Positions 34,521 to 44,639 of a DNA stretch of 44,760 bases are shown here, piece by piece. Source of the stretch: Candidatus Saccharimonadales bacterium (GTDB lineage Bacteria > Patescibacteriota > Saccharimonadia > Saccharimonadales > SZUA-47); assembly GCA_041737385.1 (NCBI GenBank), contig JBGSRU010000010.1, positions 1-44,760 on the forward strand. Direction: 5' to 3'. The position numbers and the translations under genes are program-made. A model generated the notes under the pieces. The model saw nothing but the letters and a program-made list of their open reading frames with translations, ran no database searches and was not told where the DNA came from. Position 1 is the first letter of the stretch. Every line of letters starts with the position of its first letter.

Positions 34521-36764
34521 ATGAGCGTAAGGCCAAAAGTCAGTATTATCACATTAACATATAATCATGAAAATTATATTGAAGATGCGCTAAGAAGTTT
34601 TGTAAATCAAATAGTTAGTTTTGATTTTGAAGTCATTGTCAGCGACGATGCATCTCAGGATGAAACCCAGAAAATTATAAGAGAGTATGCAAAACTTTAT
34701 CCAAATATTATAAAACCTATTTTTCATAAAAAAAATATTGGTGCTGTACCAAATTTACATAATGCACTAAAACAAGTTAAAGGCGAGTACCTTTCGCTCT
34801 GTGATGGTGATGATTACTGGACCGACACTTTAAAACTTCAAAAGCAAGTGACGTTTATGGATAAAAACCCAGAATATTATTTGTATTTTCATGATGTAAA
34901 TATTATTTTTCAAGATGCGAAAGTGCGTAACGAGATATATCCCAGATTAAAATCAGATAATGAAGTCTCTTTAAGTGGATTAATTAAAAATAATTTTATT
35001 CCAACAAATTCTGTTATGTATAGATCACTAGACTATAAAAATATACCAGATGACATTTTACCACCCGATTGGTATTTACACATTTTCCATGCAAAAAACG
35101 GCAAGATAGGTTACTTAAAAGAGACTATGGCCACATATAGAAGACATTCTAATGGAATTTGGTGGGATTCTATAAAAAATCCTGATGAGCTTTGGATAAA
35201 ATATGGTGCTATGCATCAGAAATTTTATAAAGAACTTAAAAAATTATTTAATTCAGACAGAGACGCACTGGATATAATTAATGAATCAATGTCAAAATTT
35301 ATGCTTCAATTAGCTGATATTGACAAAAGAAAAGGAACAAAACTTTTTGAAAATGCAATAAAAGTTGACCCAACCGTAATAGAAATAACTTTACAGTATG
35401 CATACGAGCAAAATATGAAATTTGAAGCATATTGGCTCGAATCTTCCACATATACTAAAAAATTACAAAAAGATATTGATTTGCTAAATCATGAAAAACA
35501 TACTTATAAAAATAAATACGAAGATCTACATCAACAGTTAATCAATATTGATAATTCTAGAATTTGGAAGCTACGCAACTTAATTAGAGGCAAAAATAAT
35601 CAACAAAGTAAAAATATAATTAAAAAAGCAAATATAATAGAGAATTTTAGTGATTCTAACTTACCCCACGTATTAGTAACTATGCCTTGGATGACGTTTG
35701 GCGGTGCCGAGACGTTAACCTATAACTATTGTCGTGAGATTTCAAAAGACATAAATATCACATTTATGACTGGACTTCCGTCTGAAAATGAATGGGAATA
35801 TAAGTTTAAAAAAATATCTCAAAACATATATCATTTACCAGAAATGTTCAAACAGCCGGCTCAATATTTTGATTTTATATCAGATTACATAACAAATAAT
35901 AAGGTTGATATACTGCACCTCGTACATAATGGATTTATGTTTTATATGCTGCCAGAACTAAAAAAAAGGCACCCTAGACTAAAGATTGTATTGACACTAT
36001 TTAACGATCGTGTGCCCGAATATGTTAATGGAGCAATAAATTATCAAAAGCAAGTAGACCGCTACGTGACAGACAATAACAATGTAGCCAATAGCATATC
36101 TAAACAACTAAAGACTAAAACTAAAATTACTGTGATACCTAATGGTATAGACACAGATAATGAGTTTAACCCAGACCTTTTTAACCATCTAGAAGAGCGA
36201 AAAAAGTTAGGAATAAAAGTAGACGAATTGGCAATCTTTTTTATAGGCAGATTATCAGAAGAAAAGAATCCAAATGTATTTATTGAAGCAGCACAAATAT
36301 GTTCTAAGCGAAATAAAAAGAACAAACTTAAATTTTTTATAGTTGGTGATGGTAGTATGCGCAAAGAAGTAGAAGATTTGATTATTAAAAATAAATCTGC
36401 AAGTATTACGTATTTAGGCTACCAAACCGATGTGGCAAAATATCTAAGTGCAGCTGACATATTTGTTTTACCTTCATCAATAGAAGGATTTCCTCTTTCG
36501 TTATTAGAGGCAATGGCCATGAATGTAGTGCCAATTGCATCAGACGTAGGTGCTGTATCTGATGTCTTAGAAACAGATGCTTATGGTTTTGTTGTTAGAC
36601 CTGAATCTGCAGAAGAAATTTCAGAAAAGATTATTTTATTATCCAAAGACACTAAAAAATTAATAGCAATGAAAAAACTTGCACGCGGTAAGGTCGAACA
36701 AAAGTATTCGAGTCGTATGTTGGTGGCTAATTACAGAAATTTGTATGAAGAGGTAATAAAATGA
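34521..36764 (+). CDS. Bifunctional glycosyltransferase GT2 + coiled coil + GT4
   Basis: TYNHENYI, DDAS, CDGDDYW; GGAE, IPNGID, GRLSEEK, PSSIEGFPLSLLEAM. Confidence 0.9.
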   Translation: MSVRPKVSIITLTYNHENYIEDALRSFVNQIVSFDFEVIVSDDASQDETQKIIREYAKLYPNIIKPIFHKKNIGAVPNLHNALKQVKGEYLSLCDGDDYWTDTLKLQKQVTFMDKNPEYYLYFHDVNIIFQDAKVRNEIYPRLKSDNEVSLSGLIKNNFIPTNSVMYRSLDYKNIPDDILPPDWYLHIFHAKNGKIGYLKETMATYRRHSNGIWWDSIKNPDELWIKYGAMHQKFYKELKKLFNSDRDALDIINESMSKFMLQLADIDKRKGTKLFENAIKVDPTVIEITLQYAYEQNMKFEAYWLESSTYTKKLQKDIDLLNHEKHTYKNKYEDLHQQLINIDNSRIWKLRNLIRGKNNQQSKNIIKKANIIENFSDSNLPHVLVTMPWMTFGGAETLTYNYCREISKDINITFMTGLPSENEWEYKFKKISQNIYHLPEMFKQPAQYFDFISDYITNNKVDILHLVHNGFMFYMLPELKKRHPRLKIVLTLFNDRVPEYVNGAINYQKQVDRYVTDNNNVANSISKQLKTKTKITVIPNGIDTDNEFNPDLFNHLEERKKLGIKVDELAIFFIGRLSEEKNPNVFIEAAQICSKRNKKNKLKFFIVGDGSMRKEVEDLIIKNKSASITYLGYQTDVAKYLSAADIFVLPSSIEGFPLSLLEAMAMNVVPIASDVGAVSDVLETDAYGFVVRPESAEEISEKIILLSKDTKKLIAMKKLARGKVEQKYSSRMLVANYRNLYEEVIK

Positions 36765-37633
36765 AGATAGTAATATTTGGATCGACTGGTTTTATTGGTA
36801 GAGAATTAGTTAAGCTTCTAAAAAGTGAATCAGACCACACAGTTATTGAATCCATTGACAGTGTGAGTAAAAATAGAGTTGATCTCTTAGATAAAAATGC
36901 TATAGAATCTTTTTTACGCAATAATCAACCGGACGTAGTAATTAATTGCGCTGGGATAGTAGATAATTCAGAAATCGCTGATAGCAACCCAGTGTTTACC
37001 GCCAACTTAATAGAAGCAGTTGCTGGTAGCGGTATAGTAATTAGGCAGATAATTATTACGGGGTCCGCGGCAGAATATGGGGAATTATTAAAAAGTGACG
37101 TACCTGTAGACGAATATACACCCACTAATCCCAAGTCTATTTACGGCAAAAGCAAACTCGAAGAAACTACTAAAGCGCTAGAACTAGCAAAGAAGTACAA
37201 GCTAAACGTTACTATAGTGCGTATATTTAATCCTATAGGTAAAAATATGCATCCTAAGTTTCTGGTTTCAAAGCTTATAAAGCAAGTAAACGAGATAAAG
37301 TCAGGTAAAAGCACAGAGATTGAAGTTAACAGGCTGGATGCCAAGCGTGACTATATTGATGTGCGTGACATTACAAGTGCGATAAGAGTGATGGCAGAAA
37401 ATAAGCCGCTACAAGATGTATATAATGTAGGTTCAGGGATAGCCACAAGTAATGAAAATTTATTAAAAGAGGTTGTAGCTAATAGTGGGCTCACAGATTT
37501 TCCTAAAATACACGAGGTGTCTAACAAGCCAGAACCTAGAGTTGCTGAGCAGGCAGATGTTACAAGAATAAAAAAAGAGTTTGGGTGGACTCCAAAATAT
37601 ACACTTAAACAAACAGTCAAATGGATTATTTAA
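36761..37633 (+). CDS. NAD-dependent epimerase/reductase (extended SDR)
   Basis: GSTGFIG, GSAAEYG, YGKSK, RIFNPIG, RDYIDVRD. Confidence 0.9.
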   Translation: MKIVIFGSTGFIGRELVKLLKSESDHTVIESIDSVSKNRVDLLDKNAIESFLRNNQPDVVINCAGIVDNSEIADSNPVFTANLIEAVAGSGIVIRQIIITGSAAEYGELLKSDVPVDEYTPTNPKSIYGKSKLEETTKALELAKKYKLNVTIVRIFNPIGKNMHPKFLVSKLIKQVNEIKSGKSTEIEVNRLDAKRDYIDVRDITSAIRVMAENKPLQDVYNVGSGIATSNENLLKEVVANSGLTDFPKIHEVSNKPEPRVAEQADVTRIKKEFGWTPKYTLKQTVKWII

Positions 37634-37634
37634 A

Positions 37635-39083
37635 ATGAAGAATAAAGATAGCATCAGACTAGTTATTGTAGGGGCCGGTAAGGCCGGAGAGTTACTCTCT
37701 GCTGAAATACTAAATGACAAAGAATCAACTTATGAGATTGTCGGATTTGTTGACGACAGTGTCAGTGGTAGTATTAACGAATTAAATATTTTAGGTAAGA
37801 TTAGTGATTTGAGAAGTGTCGTTGTGTCAAATGAAGTTGAAGAAATACTAATTGCTATACCTTCAGAGAGAGGCAGGGTTACGAGGGACATAGTAAAGAA
37901 AACTGCAGGTTTAAAACTCGTATATAAAGTACTACCAAGATTATTAGAAGTTTTAATACAAGACTTTAACGAGCACTACCTAAAGTTCGTCAGGCTAGTT
38001 ACACCGGAAGATCTGCTAGGAGGTGAGATTCTGAAATCAGACCAAAAGGAAATAACAGATTTTTCAAATAATCAAACGGTATTAATTACCGGTGCTGCAG
38101 GTTCCATAGGATCAGAATTAAGCCGTCAGATTGCAGCACATCGTGCTAAAAAAATAATATTTTATGACTGGTGGGAAAACGGTATGTTTGATCTTCAAAA
38201 CCAACTTTTAGAATTGTACCCAGAACTTGATTGCGAGTTTATCATTGGTGATGTTAAGGATGGAAGAAAACTCGACCATGTAATAGAAACTTACCAACCT
38301 ACTACAATATTTCATGCAGCCGCCTATAAACATGTTCCGTTAATGGAGAATAACCCTTCCGAAGCTATAAAAAATAACCTAATAGGCACTAAAACTCTTG
38401 CAGAAATAGCAATTAAATATAAGGTAGAAAAATTTATACTCGTCTCAACTGATAAGGCGGTTAATCCGACCAATATCATGGGCGCTACTAAACGCGCTGC
38501 AGAAATGATGATACATATTTTGGCAAGTAGTCAAAGTACAACTATCTTCTGTGCTGTTAGATTTGGAAACGTTATTAATAGTAATGGCAGCGCTATACCA
38601 ACATTCAAAAAACAAATTATTCAAGGCGGACCAGTAACTGTTACACATAAAGACGTTACTCGTTTCTTTATGACAATTCCTGAGGCTGTACATCTGATAC
38701 TACAAACATGGGTTATGGGAAAAAATAACGATTTGTTTGTATTAGATATGGGAGAATCAATCAAAATAATTGATCTCGTTAGGCTATTAATAGTTTTGGA
38801 TGGGTATGTCCCTGATGAGGAAGTTAAAATTAAAATAACTGGTCTGCGACCTGGTGAAAAGCTTTATGAAGAGGTGCTGGTTAAGGAAGAGGAGGTTCGA
38901 GCTACTTCAGTCAAGAAAATATTTCGCACTACAAACTATATGAATTTTGATAAACTAGCATATCTTAGCAACCTTAATTTATTAATAGAATCAATCAAAG
39001 CAGATTCTTTAAATACTGAATACCCTAGAAATATGCTTAAGGAAATGGTATCAACATATAAGCCTTCAAAAGAGCGTAAATAA
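37635..39083 (+). CDS. NDP-sugar 4,6-dehydratase, CapD/PglF family, without N-terminal TM domain
   Basis: IVGAGKAG; ITGAAGSIGSEL, HAAAYKHVP, STDKAVNPTNIMGATK, VRFGNV, GLRPGEKLYEE. Confidence 0.92.
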   Translation: MKNKDSIRLVIVGAGKAGELLSAEILNDKESTYEIVGFVDDSVSGSINELNILGKISDLRSVVVSNEVEEILIAIPSERGRVTRDIVKKTAGLKLVYKVLPRLLEVLIQDFNEHYLKFVRLVTPEDLLGGEILKSDQKEITDFSNNQTVLITGAAGSIGSELSRQIAAHRAKKIIFYDWWENGMFDLQNQLLELYPELDCEFIIGDVKDGRKLDHVIETYQPTTIFHAAAYKHVPLMENNPSEAIKNNLIGTKTLAEIAIKYKVEKFILVSTDKAVNPTNIMGATKRAAEMMIHILASSQSTTIFCAVRFGNVINSNGSAIPTFKKQIIQGGPVTVTHKDVTRFFMTIPEAVHLILQTWVMGKNNDLFVLDMGESIKIIDLVRLLIVLDGYVPDEEVKIKITGLRPGEKLYEEVLVKEEEVRATSVKKIFRTTNYMNFDKLAYLSNLNLLIESIKADSLNTEYPRNMLKEMVSTYKPSKERK

Positions 39084-41354
39084 ATGCCATTTAAGAATAA
39101 AAATATTGATTATAAAGTTGACATATCGGTCAATATTACGACACACACCGAAGGTATATTAGTTCATAAAACACTGCGATCAATTTATGCGGGTATGCAG
39201 TATGCAATTGCTCGTGGGCTTAAAATTGAGTGCAATATATCTAGCGATAATGGCGATGAAGTAACGTTAAAGGCTATTGATGACTTTATAAAAAAGCATA
39301 AAGATATCAAAATTGTACTTCATAAAATTTCCGTAAAAGACCCTAGTTTAAGTCGTAATTTTTTGATAGATATTAGTCAGGGCAAGTATTTGGCTTTGTT
39401 TGACGGCGATGATTTTTTTACTGAAAACTATCTTCACGAATCGTTTATATGTGCCGAAAGAAATAAAGAACCTGCAATATACTCAGCGCGATATATTATT
39501 GTTTTTGAAGCGGATCACTATTTAGTAGAAAAATACGATAGTGAATCTTTGGTAGATGTTTCAAAAAATATGTTCGAAACAAATTACTATATAAGCCAGA
39601 GTTTTATACATAGTGACGTATTTAAAAAAATAAAGTTTGCGCAAAATACTGAAGGCTACGGAATGGAAGACTGGCACTTTTTTTGCGAAGCAACAGCAAA
39701 CGGCTTTAAGTTTTATAATGTCAGTAATACTATATTTTTCTATAGACGTAAAAAAACTGGCAGTCTACTAACGAGCCATTTGCAGTGTTCAGCTGTTATT
39801 AGACCAACTAAACTTTTTGAACCAGAGATATTTTCTGCGCTATCAAGCAACAACAGAAAGGCCAAAAAAATCGATACACTTTCAAGCAAACGGCTAGTAT
39901 TGAAGCAAACGATATCTCGCCAACTTAGTAATTTTGAACTTACGCACCACTATACAAAAGTACAATATACACTGCACAGAAATATTTTAAGTGTCCTAAA
40001 AAAACGTTATTTAAAGCCAAAATTAGCAAGTGCAGACCTTGATTTGATAGAGGTACCAGTACCTAAAAGGCTTGAAGAAATTGGCTTTACGGACGAACTT
40101 GTACATTTATGGGGTAAGGTGAACCGGTTCGAGCCTATGATTCGAGCGTCTGCAGATATGCTTAGGTATATTCCTATTGTAGGATATCCCACAGAATCAG
40201 TGGTGAGTGACTTTTATTTAGATTTCTGTAAATCAAATCTAGGTTCATCAATTAGTGACATTGTATTAGTGCCACATCTAACAAAAGGTGGGGCGGACCT
40301 TGCTGCTATTAATTTAGTAAAGACACTTGACCGTAAGAGTAGCAACAAAAAGATATTAGTAATTACGACTATTAATGCAGAGTCACCATGGCTAGGTACT
40401 TTAAATAGTTTAGAAAACGTCATATGCGTAGAAAGTAAGTCACTAGACCCAGCATTAACTGACGACGAACAAATTAGTTTAATCGTTAGAATTATTCAAA
40501 ATTGGAATGTTCAGCGCTTAACTATTATTAATTCAGAGATTGGATATAAAGTAGCCACCCAGTATAGCCAGGTGTTAAAAGATGTCGGGTGTATGACTTA
40601 CCTACACACATTTGCATTTAATATGACAGACGATGGATATATATTTAACTGGATTGCAAACGGTCTAGTGGATGCCTACAAAGGCGTTGATATGTATATG
40701 ACAGACTCGAATATATATAAAAATCAACTCGAGGAAATTAATGGATTCTTGCCCAATAAGGTTGCTGTACTCTATTCACCCGTGGAAGTTAGTAAGAATC
40801 AAAAAAATAACTATAAGATTAAAAAGCGTGTTCTTTGGGCCAGTAGGGTATGTGATGATAAGTTAGCTGATGTATTAGTAGAAGTTGGTAAACTGCTAGA
40901 TATTAGCGGAATAGAGTTGGATATTTTTGGTGCAATGGATGAAAAGTATATAAATAATAACCGTTTTATGAATTCCATCGCACCCTATAAAAACATCTCG
41001 TACAAAGGTGAGTATGATGGATTTACGTCAATAAATACTGACGATTACGATATGTTTTTGTTAACATCAAAGAATGAAGGATTGCCTTTTGTTATTTTGG
41101 AAGCGTGTGCAGCAAATATATTTATAGTTAGCGCTAGCGTTGGTGGTGTAGTCGAATGTATAAATGATGGAAAAAATGGACATCTGGTTATAGATAAGTT
41201 CAATCCGGTTGCATATCATGATGCAATAATTAAATCTTATAATAATAAGTATTTTTCAGACCAAAAAAGCATAAAAATGACCAATGACAATATACTCCAT
41301 AGGCATTCCGCTCAAGAATATGCAAATAATGTAGCTAAATTGATGCTGAATTAA
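39084..41354 (+). CDS. Bifunctional glycosyltransferase GT2 + GT4
   Basis: SRN..FDGDD..EDW; GGAD..TSKNEGLPFVILEA. Confidence 0.85.
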   Translation: MPFKNKNIDYKVDISVNITTHTEGILVHKTLRSIYAGMQYAIARGLKIECNISSDNGDEVTLKAIDDFIKKHKDIKIVLHKISVKDPSLSRNFLIDISQGKYLALFDGDDFFTENYLHESFICAERNKEPAIYSARYIIVFEADHYLVEKYDSESLVDVSKNMFETNYYISQSFIHSDVFKKIKFAQNTEGYGMEDWHFFCEATANGFKFYNVSNTIFFYRRKKTGSLLTSHLQCSAVIRPTKLFEPEIFSALSSNNRKAKKIDTLSSKRLVLKQTISRQLSNFELTHHYTKVQYTLHRNILSVLKKRYLKPKLASADLDLIEVPVPKRLEEIGFTDELVHLWGKVNRFEPMIRASADMLRYIPIVGYPTESVVSDFYLDFCKSNLGSSISDIVLVPHLTKGGADLAAINLVKTLDRKSSNKKILVITTINAESPWLGTLNSLENVICVESKSLDPALTDDEQISLIVRIIQNWNVQRLTIINSEIGYKVATQYSQVLKDVGCMTYLHTFAFNMTDDGYIFNWIANGLVDAYKGVDMYMTDSNIYKNQLEEINGFLPNKVAVLYSPVEVSKNQKNNYKIKKRVLWASRVCDDKLADVLVEVGKLLDISGIELDIFGAMDEKYINNNRFMNSIAPYKNISYKGEYDGFTSINTDDYDMFLLTSKNEGLPFVILEACAANIFIVSASVGGVVECINDGKNGHLVIDKFNPVAYHDAIIKSYNNKYFSDQKSIKMTNDNILHRHSAQEYANNVAKLMLN

Positions 41355-41357
41355 GTT

Positions 41358-42692
41358 CTACTTATAAGTATCTATTAGTTCAGATTGATTAGTGCCCCAT
41401 GTACTAATATGCTTATTAGCATGGGATCGATAATACATCACTTCTACAGATAATTTTTCACTGTTTATGTACCATGGTTCGTGTCGAGCTACTAGCTTTC
41501 CACCTGTACGTAAACCAGGTCCAAGTGTGTACGGTGTATTTTGTCTATAAACTGCAAATGTAGTATCGATTTCTGCGTCAAACACTTCGTTTTCTACGCT
41601 TGAGACCCAAAATTGATTTTCCCACTCTATAACGTAATCTTTTAGTTCATATGTATCTGGTAGGTCGTCAATTTTCAGTCCAAATCCTACCTTTGTTCGT
41701 TCAGGATATTTAGTTAGTAAGTTGCAGAAGTGTCTAACTGCGCCAAGTGAATTGGATGTGGGTATTATATCTGGGTCGGTGACTATGAATGGTTGGTTCT
41801 TAGCAAATATTTTGGTGGCGCCGCTCACCCAAGGAGATGTGTGTCCTATATTTTCGTTAAGACTTATAACTTCATAAGGAGTTTTATCAAAATATTCCAG
41901 AAGTTTAGGATAGGTAGATGCATTGTCTATAAAATATATATTTTTTAATCCTTCTTCCTCAAACCACTTAACAAGTTTTTTTAAAGGCTCTACTCTGTCC
42001 CTGCAAATAATAAATACTGGTATGTTTTTACTAAACTTTACAGGAGGTACATTATTTCTAAGTCTCTGTACTCTTCGCTTTTCGAAGTAATCAAGTAGAC
42101 TCTTTTTGTGGTTTAAATATCTATATTTAATAATCGATGCATACGGCCCTGAAAATATAGACCTTTTAACAATATATTCGGGTAGTTTTATATGTTGTGG
42201 TTGCAGCTTTAGTAATGCGATATCTTTATCAGCTTTTTTAATCGCTGAGATGACGTTCTCGAACAACTCACTGTTATTTTTAGCAAATTCGCTGTTGGAA
42301 ATTATAAACGGGACGCTGTTAAGTCTTCTTATTCCTAGCAACGACAGTAACTTGCCACTGTTTAAGTGAACTCCAATGTGATAATTAGTATTTTTAGGAA
42401 GGAAAGCTGATAATTTGTCATCAGTATCAGAAAGCAGATTATTACAGGTAGTCAGTATAATATGCTCCCCACAGGCCTCAACTATAGACATTTGTATTGC
42501 GTTTAATTTATTTGGCTTGAACACTACGCTCAAGTTTGTATAGTCGCTATAATAATTTGGTTTTCGTGTTGAAAATATAATTATTTCTCTTAATAAAGAA
42601 TTATGTTTCTGGGTAGTTAGTAACCAGTTATTTAAATGGTCAATATCTTGTTGGGACAAGTCGTTTCCACCTATTAAGTATGTAATGTTCAT
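41358..42692 (-). CDS. Glycosyltransferase (C-terminal GT2-like domain)
   Basis: FIICRDR, IDNASTYP, NIGH, VTDPD, DTTFA; ATG at 42692 preferred over 42710. Confidence 0.75.
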   Translation of the reverse strand: MNITYLIGGNDLSQQDIDHLNNWLLTTQKHNSLLREIIIFSTRKPNYYSDYTNLSVVFKPNKLNAIQMSIVEACGEHIILTTCNNLLSDTDDKLSAFLPKNTNYHIGVHLNSGKLLSLLGIRRLNSVPFIISNSEFAKNNSELFENVISAIKKADKDIALLKLQPQHIKLPEYIVKRSIFSGPYASIIKYRYLNHKKSLLDYFEKRRVQRLRNNVPPVKFSKNIPVFIICRDRVEPLKKLVKWFEEEGLKNIYFIDNASTYPKLLEYFDKTPYEVISLNENIGHTSPWVSGATKIFAKNQPFIVTDPDIIPTSNSLGAVRHFCNLLTKYPERTKVGFGLKIDDLPDTYELKDYVIEWENQFWVSSVENEVFDAEIDTTFAVYRQNTPYTLGPGLRTGGKLVARHEPWYINSEKLSVEVMYYRSHANKHISTWGTNQSELIDTYK

Positions 42693-42779
42693 TAAAATCA
42701 ATAGTAACACGATTTACAAGTAAGCTGTAGATTTGAAGTTGTGTGGTAACAGGATAAAACTGTTAGAATAATAGATAGC

Positions 42780-44639
42780 ATGATAAAAAAAGCTATTAAA
42801 AAAGCAGCACATAAGACTATTAGAACTGGCAAGTCGGTGATTAGTAAAAACCCAAGACTAAAAGGCTATGCAAAAACTATTGTAAATCAGTATTTGCCTA
42901 GTAGCGTTATTGGTCAAGACCAATATACACAATGGGTTAAAAACAACATGCCTGATGCAATAGTATTGACGAAGCTAAAAAGTAAATCAGAGGTGTTCAG
43001 CTATAAACCTAAGATTTCTATAATAACCCCAACCTTTAACACGGATGAAGCGTTTTTGCGTGAATGTATAGAATCTGTCCAGTCTCAGGTCTATGAAAAT
43101 TGGGAGCTATGCATTGTAGACGACGCATCCACAGACAACACTACGAGGTCAATAATTAAAGAATATGCAGATGTCGATACGCGCATTAAGTATAAGTTTA
43201 ATAAGAAGAATCAACATATAGCCAGCTCTAGTAATGCTGCAGTTACAATCGCAACTGGCGAGTTTGTCGCTTTTCTAGACCATGACGATTTATTGTGGCC
43301 CAATGCATTGTTTGAAGTAGCTAGTGCACTTAACGAGAACCGTAAACTAGACTTTATGTATACTGACGAAGATAAAATTACTGATGATAGGCATCACCAT
43401 GCACTTCCATTTTTTAAACCAGACTGGAACCCTGAATTTTTACGTAGTATAAACTATATAACTCATTTTGCAGTTGTGCGTAAAAAAATATTTGAAGAGA
43501 TTGGTGGATTTAGAAAAACATATAATGGCGCACAAGACTGGGACCTATTCTTGCGCATTACAAACGTAACTAAAAACATCCATCATATACCTACTGTATT
43601 GTATAGTTGGCGCATTTCTGAGACTTCTACAGCTGGTAGTACGGATGCTAAGCCGTATGTTTTTGAAGCCCAAAAAAACGTTCTCAAAGATGACTTAAAA
43701 CGTCGAGAACTAAAGGGCATTGTCCGTCAAAGTACATATATTGCTGATTATTGGTTTATTGACTATGAAATTATAGGAAAACCGCTTATTTCTATAGTAA
43801 TACCAACAAAGAATCAGTTCAAAATTATGAAAACATGCATTGAATCGATACTTAATCGTACTACATATAGTAATTATGAAATAGTTATTGTAGATACCGG
43901 AACTACAGATAAAAAAATGCTACGTTGGTATGATAATTTAAAAAAAAGTAATAGAAATATTAGAGTTATTAAATGGCATGAGACACCATTTAGTTATGTA
44001 AGGACTTGTAACGAAGGTGCAAGGCAAGCTAAAGGTGAGTATTTGGTAATGCTAAACAACGATACCGAAGTTATAACTCCAGATTGGTTAAAAAAATTCT
44101 TGGGTTATGCACAACAAGAAGGTATTGGTGCGGTGGGCGCAAAGCTGCAATATCCAGGCGAAAAATTAATACAGCACGCAGGTGTAGGAATAGGCTTTGG
44201 TGGCTATGCCGCAAACGCACTAGCAACACTACCTGAACATGTTGGAACACCACAGCAAATCCTGTACATGTATACGACTCATAACATGAGCGCAGTTACA
44301 GCCGCATGTTTAATGATTAAAAAATCTACATTTGATCAAGTTGATGGGTTTGCAGAAGAATTTAGGATAACCTATAACGACGTAGATTTGTGTCTAAGAT
44401 TACTAGAAAAGGGATACCGTAATGTATACCTGCCAGAAGTCCAATTGATTCATTATGAATCAATAAGCTTAGGTAGACCAGAAGAGATTAAAAAGCGAGA
44501 TACAACCGAATTTGATAGTGCCAAATCATTATTTAAAAAGACTTGGCTGAAATATATTACCCACGACCCTGCTGTTAATCCGAATATATCTCGTGATAAT
44601 GCGTCCTTTGACATAGATACAGAAATTAAACGCTACTAA
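42780..44639 (+). CDS. Tandem GT2-GT2 glycosyltransferase
   Basis: WELCIVDDAS, FLDHDD, YTDEDK, GAQDWD; SIVIPTKN, LNNDTEV, AVTAAC, YNDVDLCL. Confidence 0.93.
   Translation: MIKKAIKKAAHKTIRTGKSVISKNPRLKGYAKTIVNQYLPSSVIGQDQYTQWVKNNMPDAIVLTKLKSKSEVFSYKPKISIITPTFNTDEAFLRECIESVQSQVYENWELCIVDDASTDNTTRSIIKEYADVDTRIKYKFNKKNQHIASSSNAAVTIATGEFVAFLDHDDLLWPNALFEVASALNENRKLDFMYTDEDKITDDRHHHALPFFKPDWNPEFLRSINYITHFAVVRKKIFEEIGGFRKTYNGAQDWDLFLRITNVTKNIHHIPTVLYSWRISETSTAGSTDAKPYVFEAQKNVLKDDLKRRELKGIVRQSTYIADYWFIDYEIIGKPLISIVIPTKNQFKIMKTCIESILNRTTYSNYEIVIVDTGTTDKKMLRWYDNLKKSNRNIRVIKWHETPFSYVRTCNEGARQAKGEYLVMLNNDTEVITPDWLKKFLGYAQQEGIGAVGAKLQYPGEKLIQHAGVGIGFGGYAANALATLPEHVGTPQQILYMYTTHNMSAVTAACLMIKKSTFDQVDGFAEEFRITYNDVDLCLRLLEKGYRNVYLPEVQLIHYESISLGRPEEIKKRDTTEFDSAKSLFKKTWLKYITHDPAVNPNISRDNASFDIDTEIKRY

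Noticed and set aside
11263-42710. Longest-ORF starts at 11263, 12729, 14609, 24493, 29339, 37581 and 42710
   Set aside because: Downstream ATGs fit stop/start overlaps, promoter spacing or family N-termini better.
667-44253. Numerous 60-136-aa antisense or alternate-frame ORFs in the track
   Set aside because: They lie inside well-supported longer genes and have no recognisable motifs; treated as shadow ORFs.
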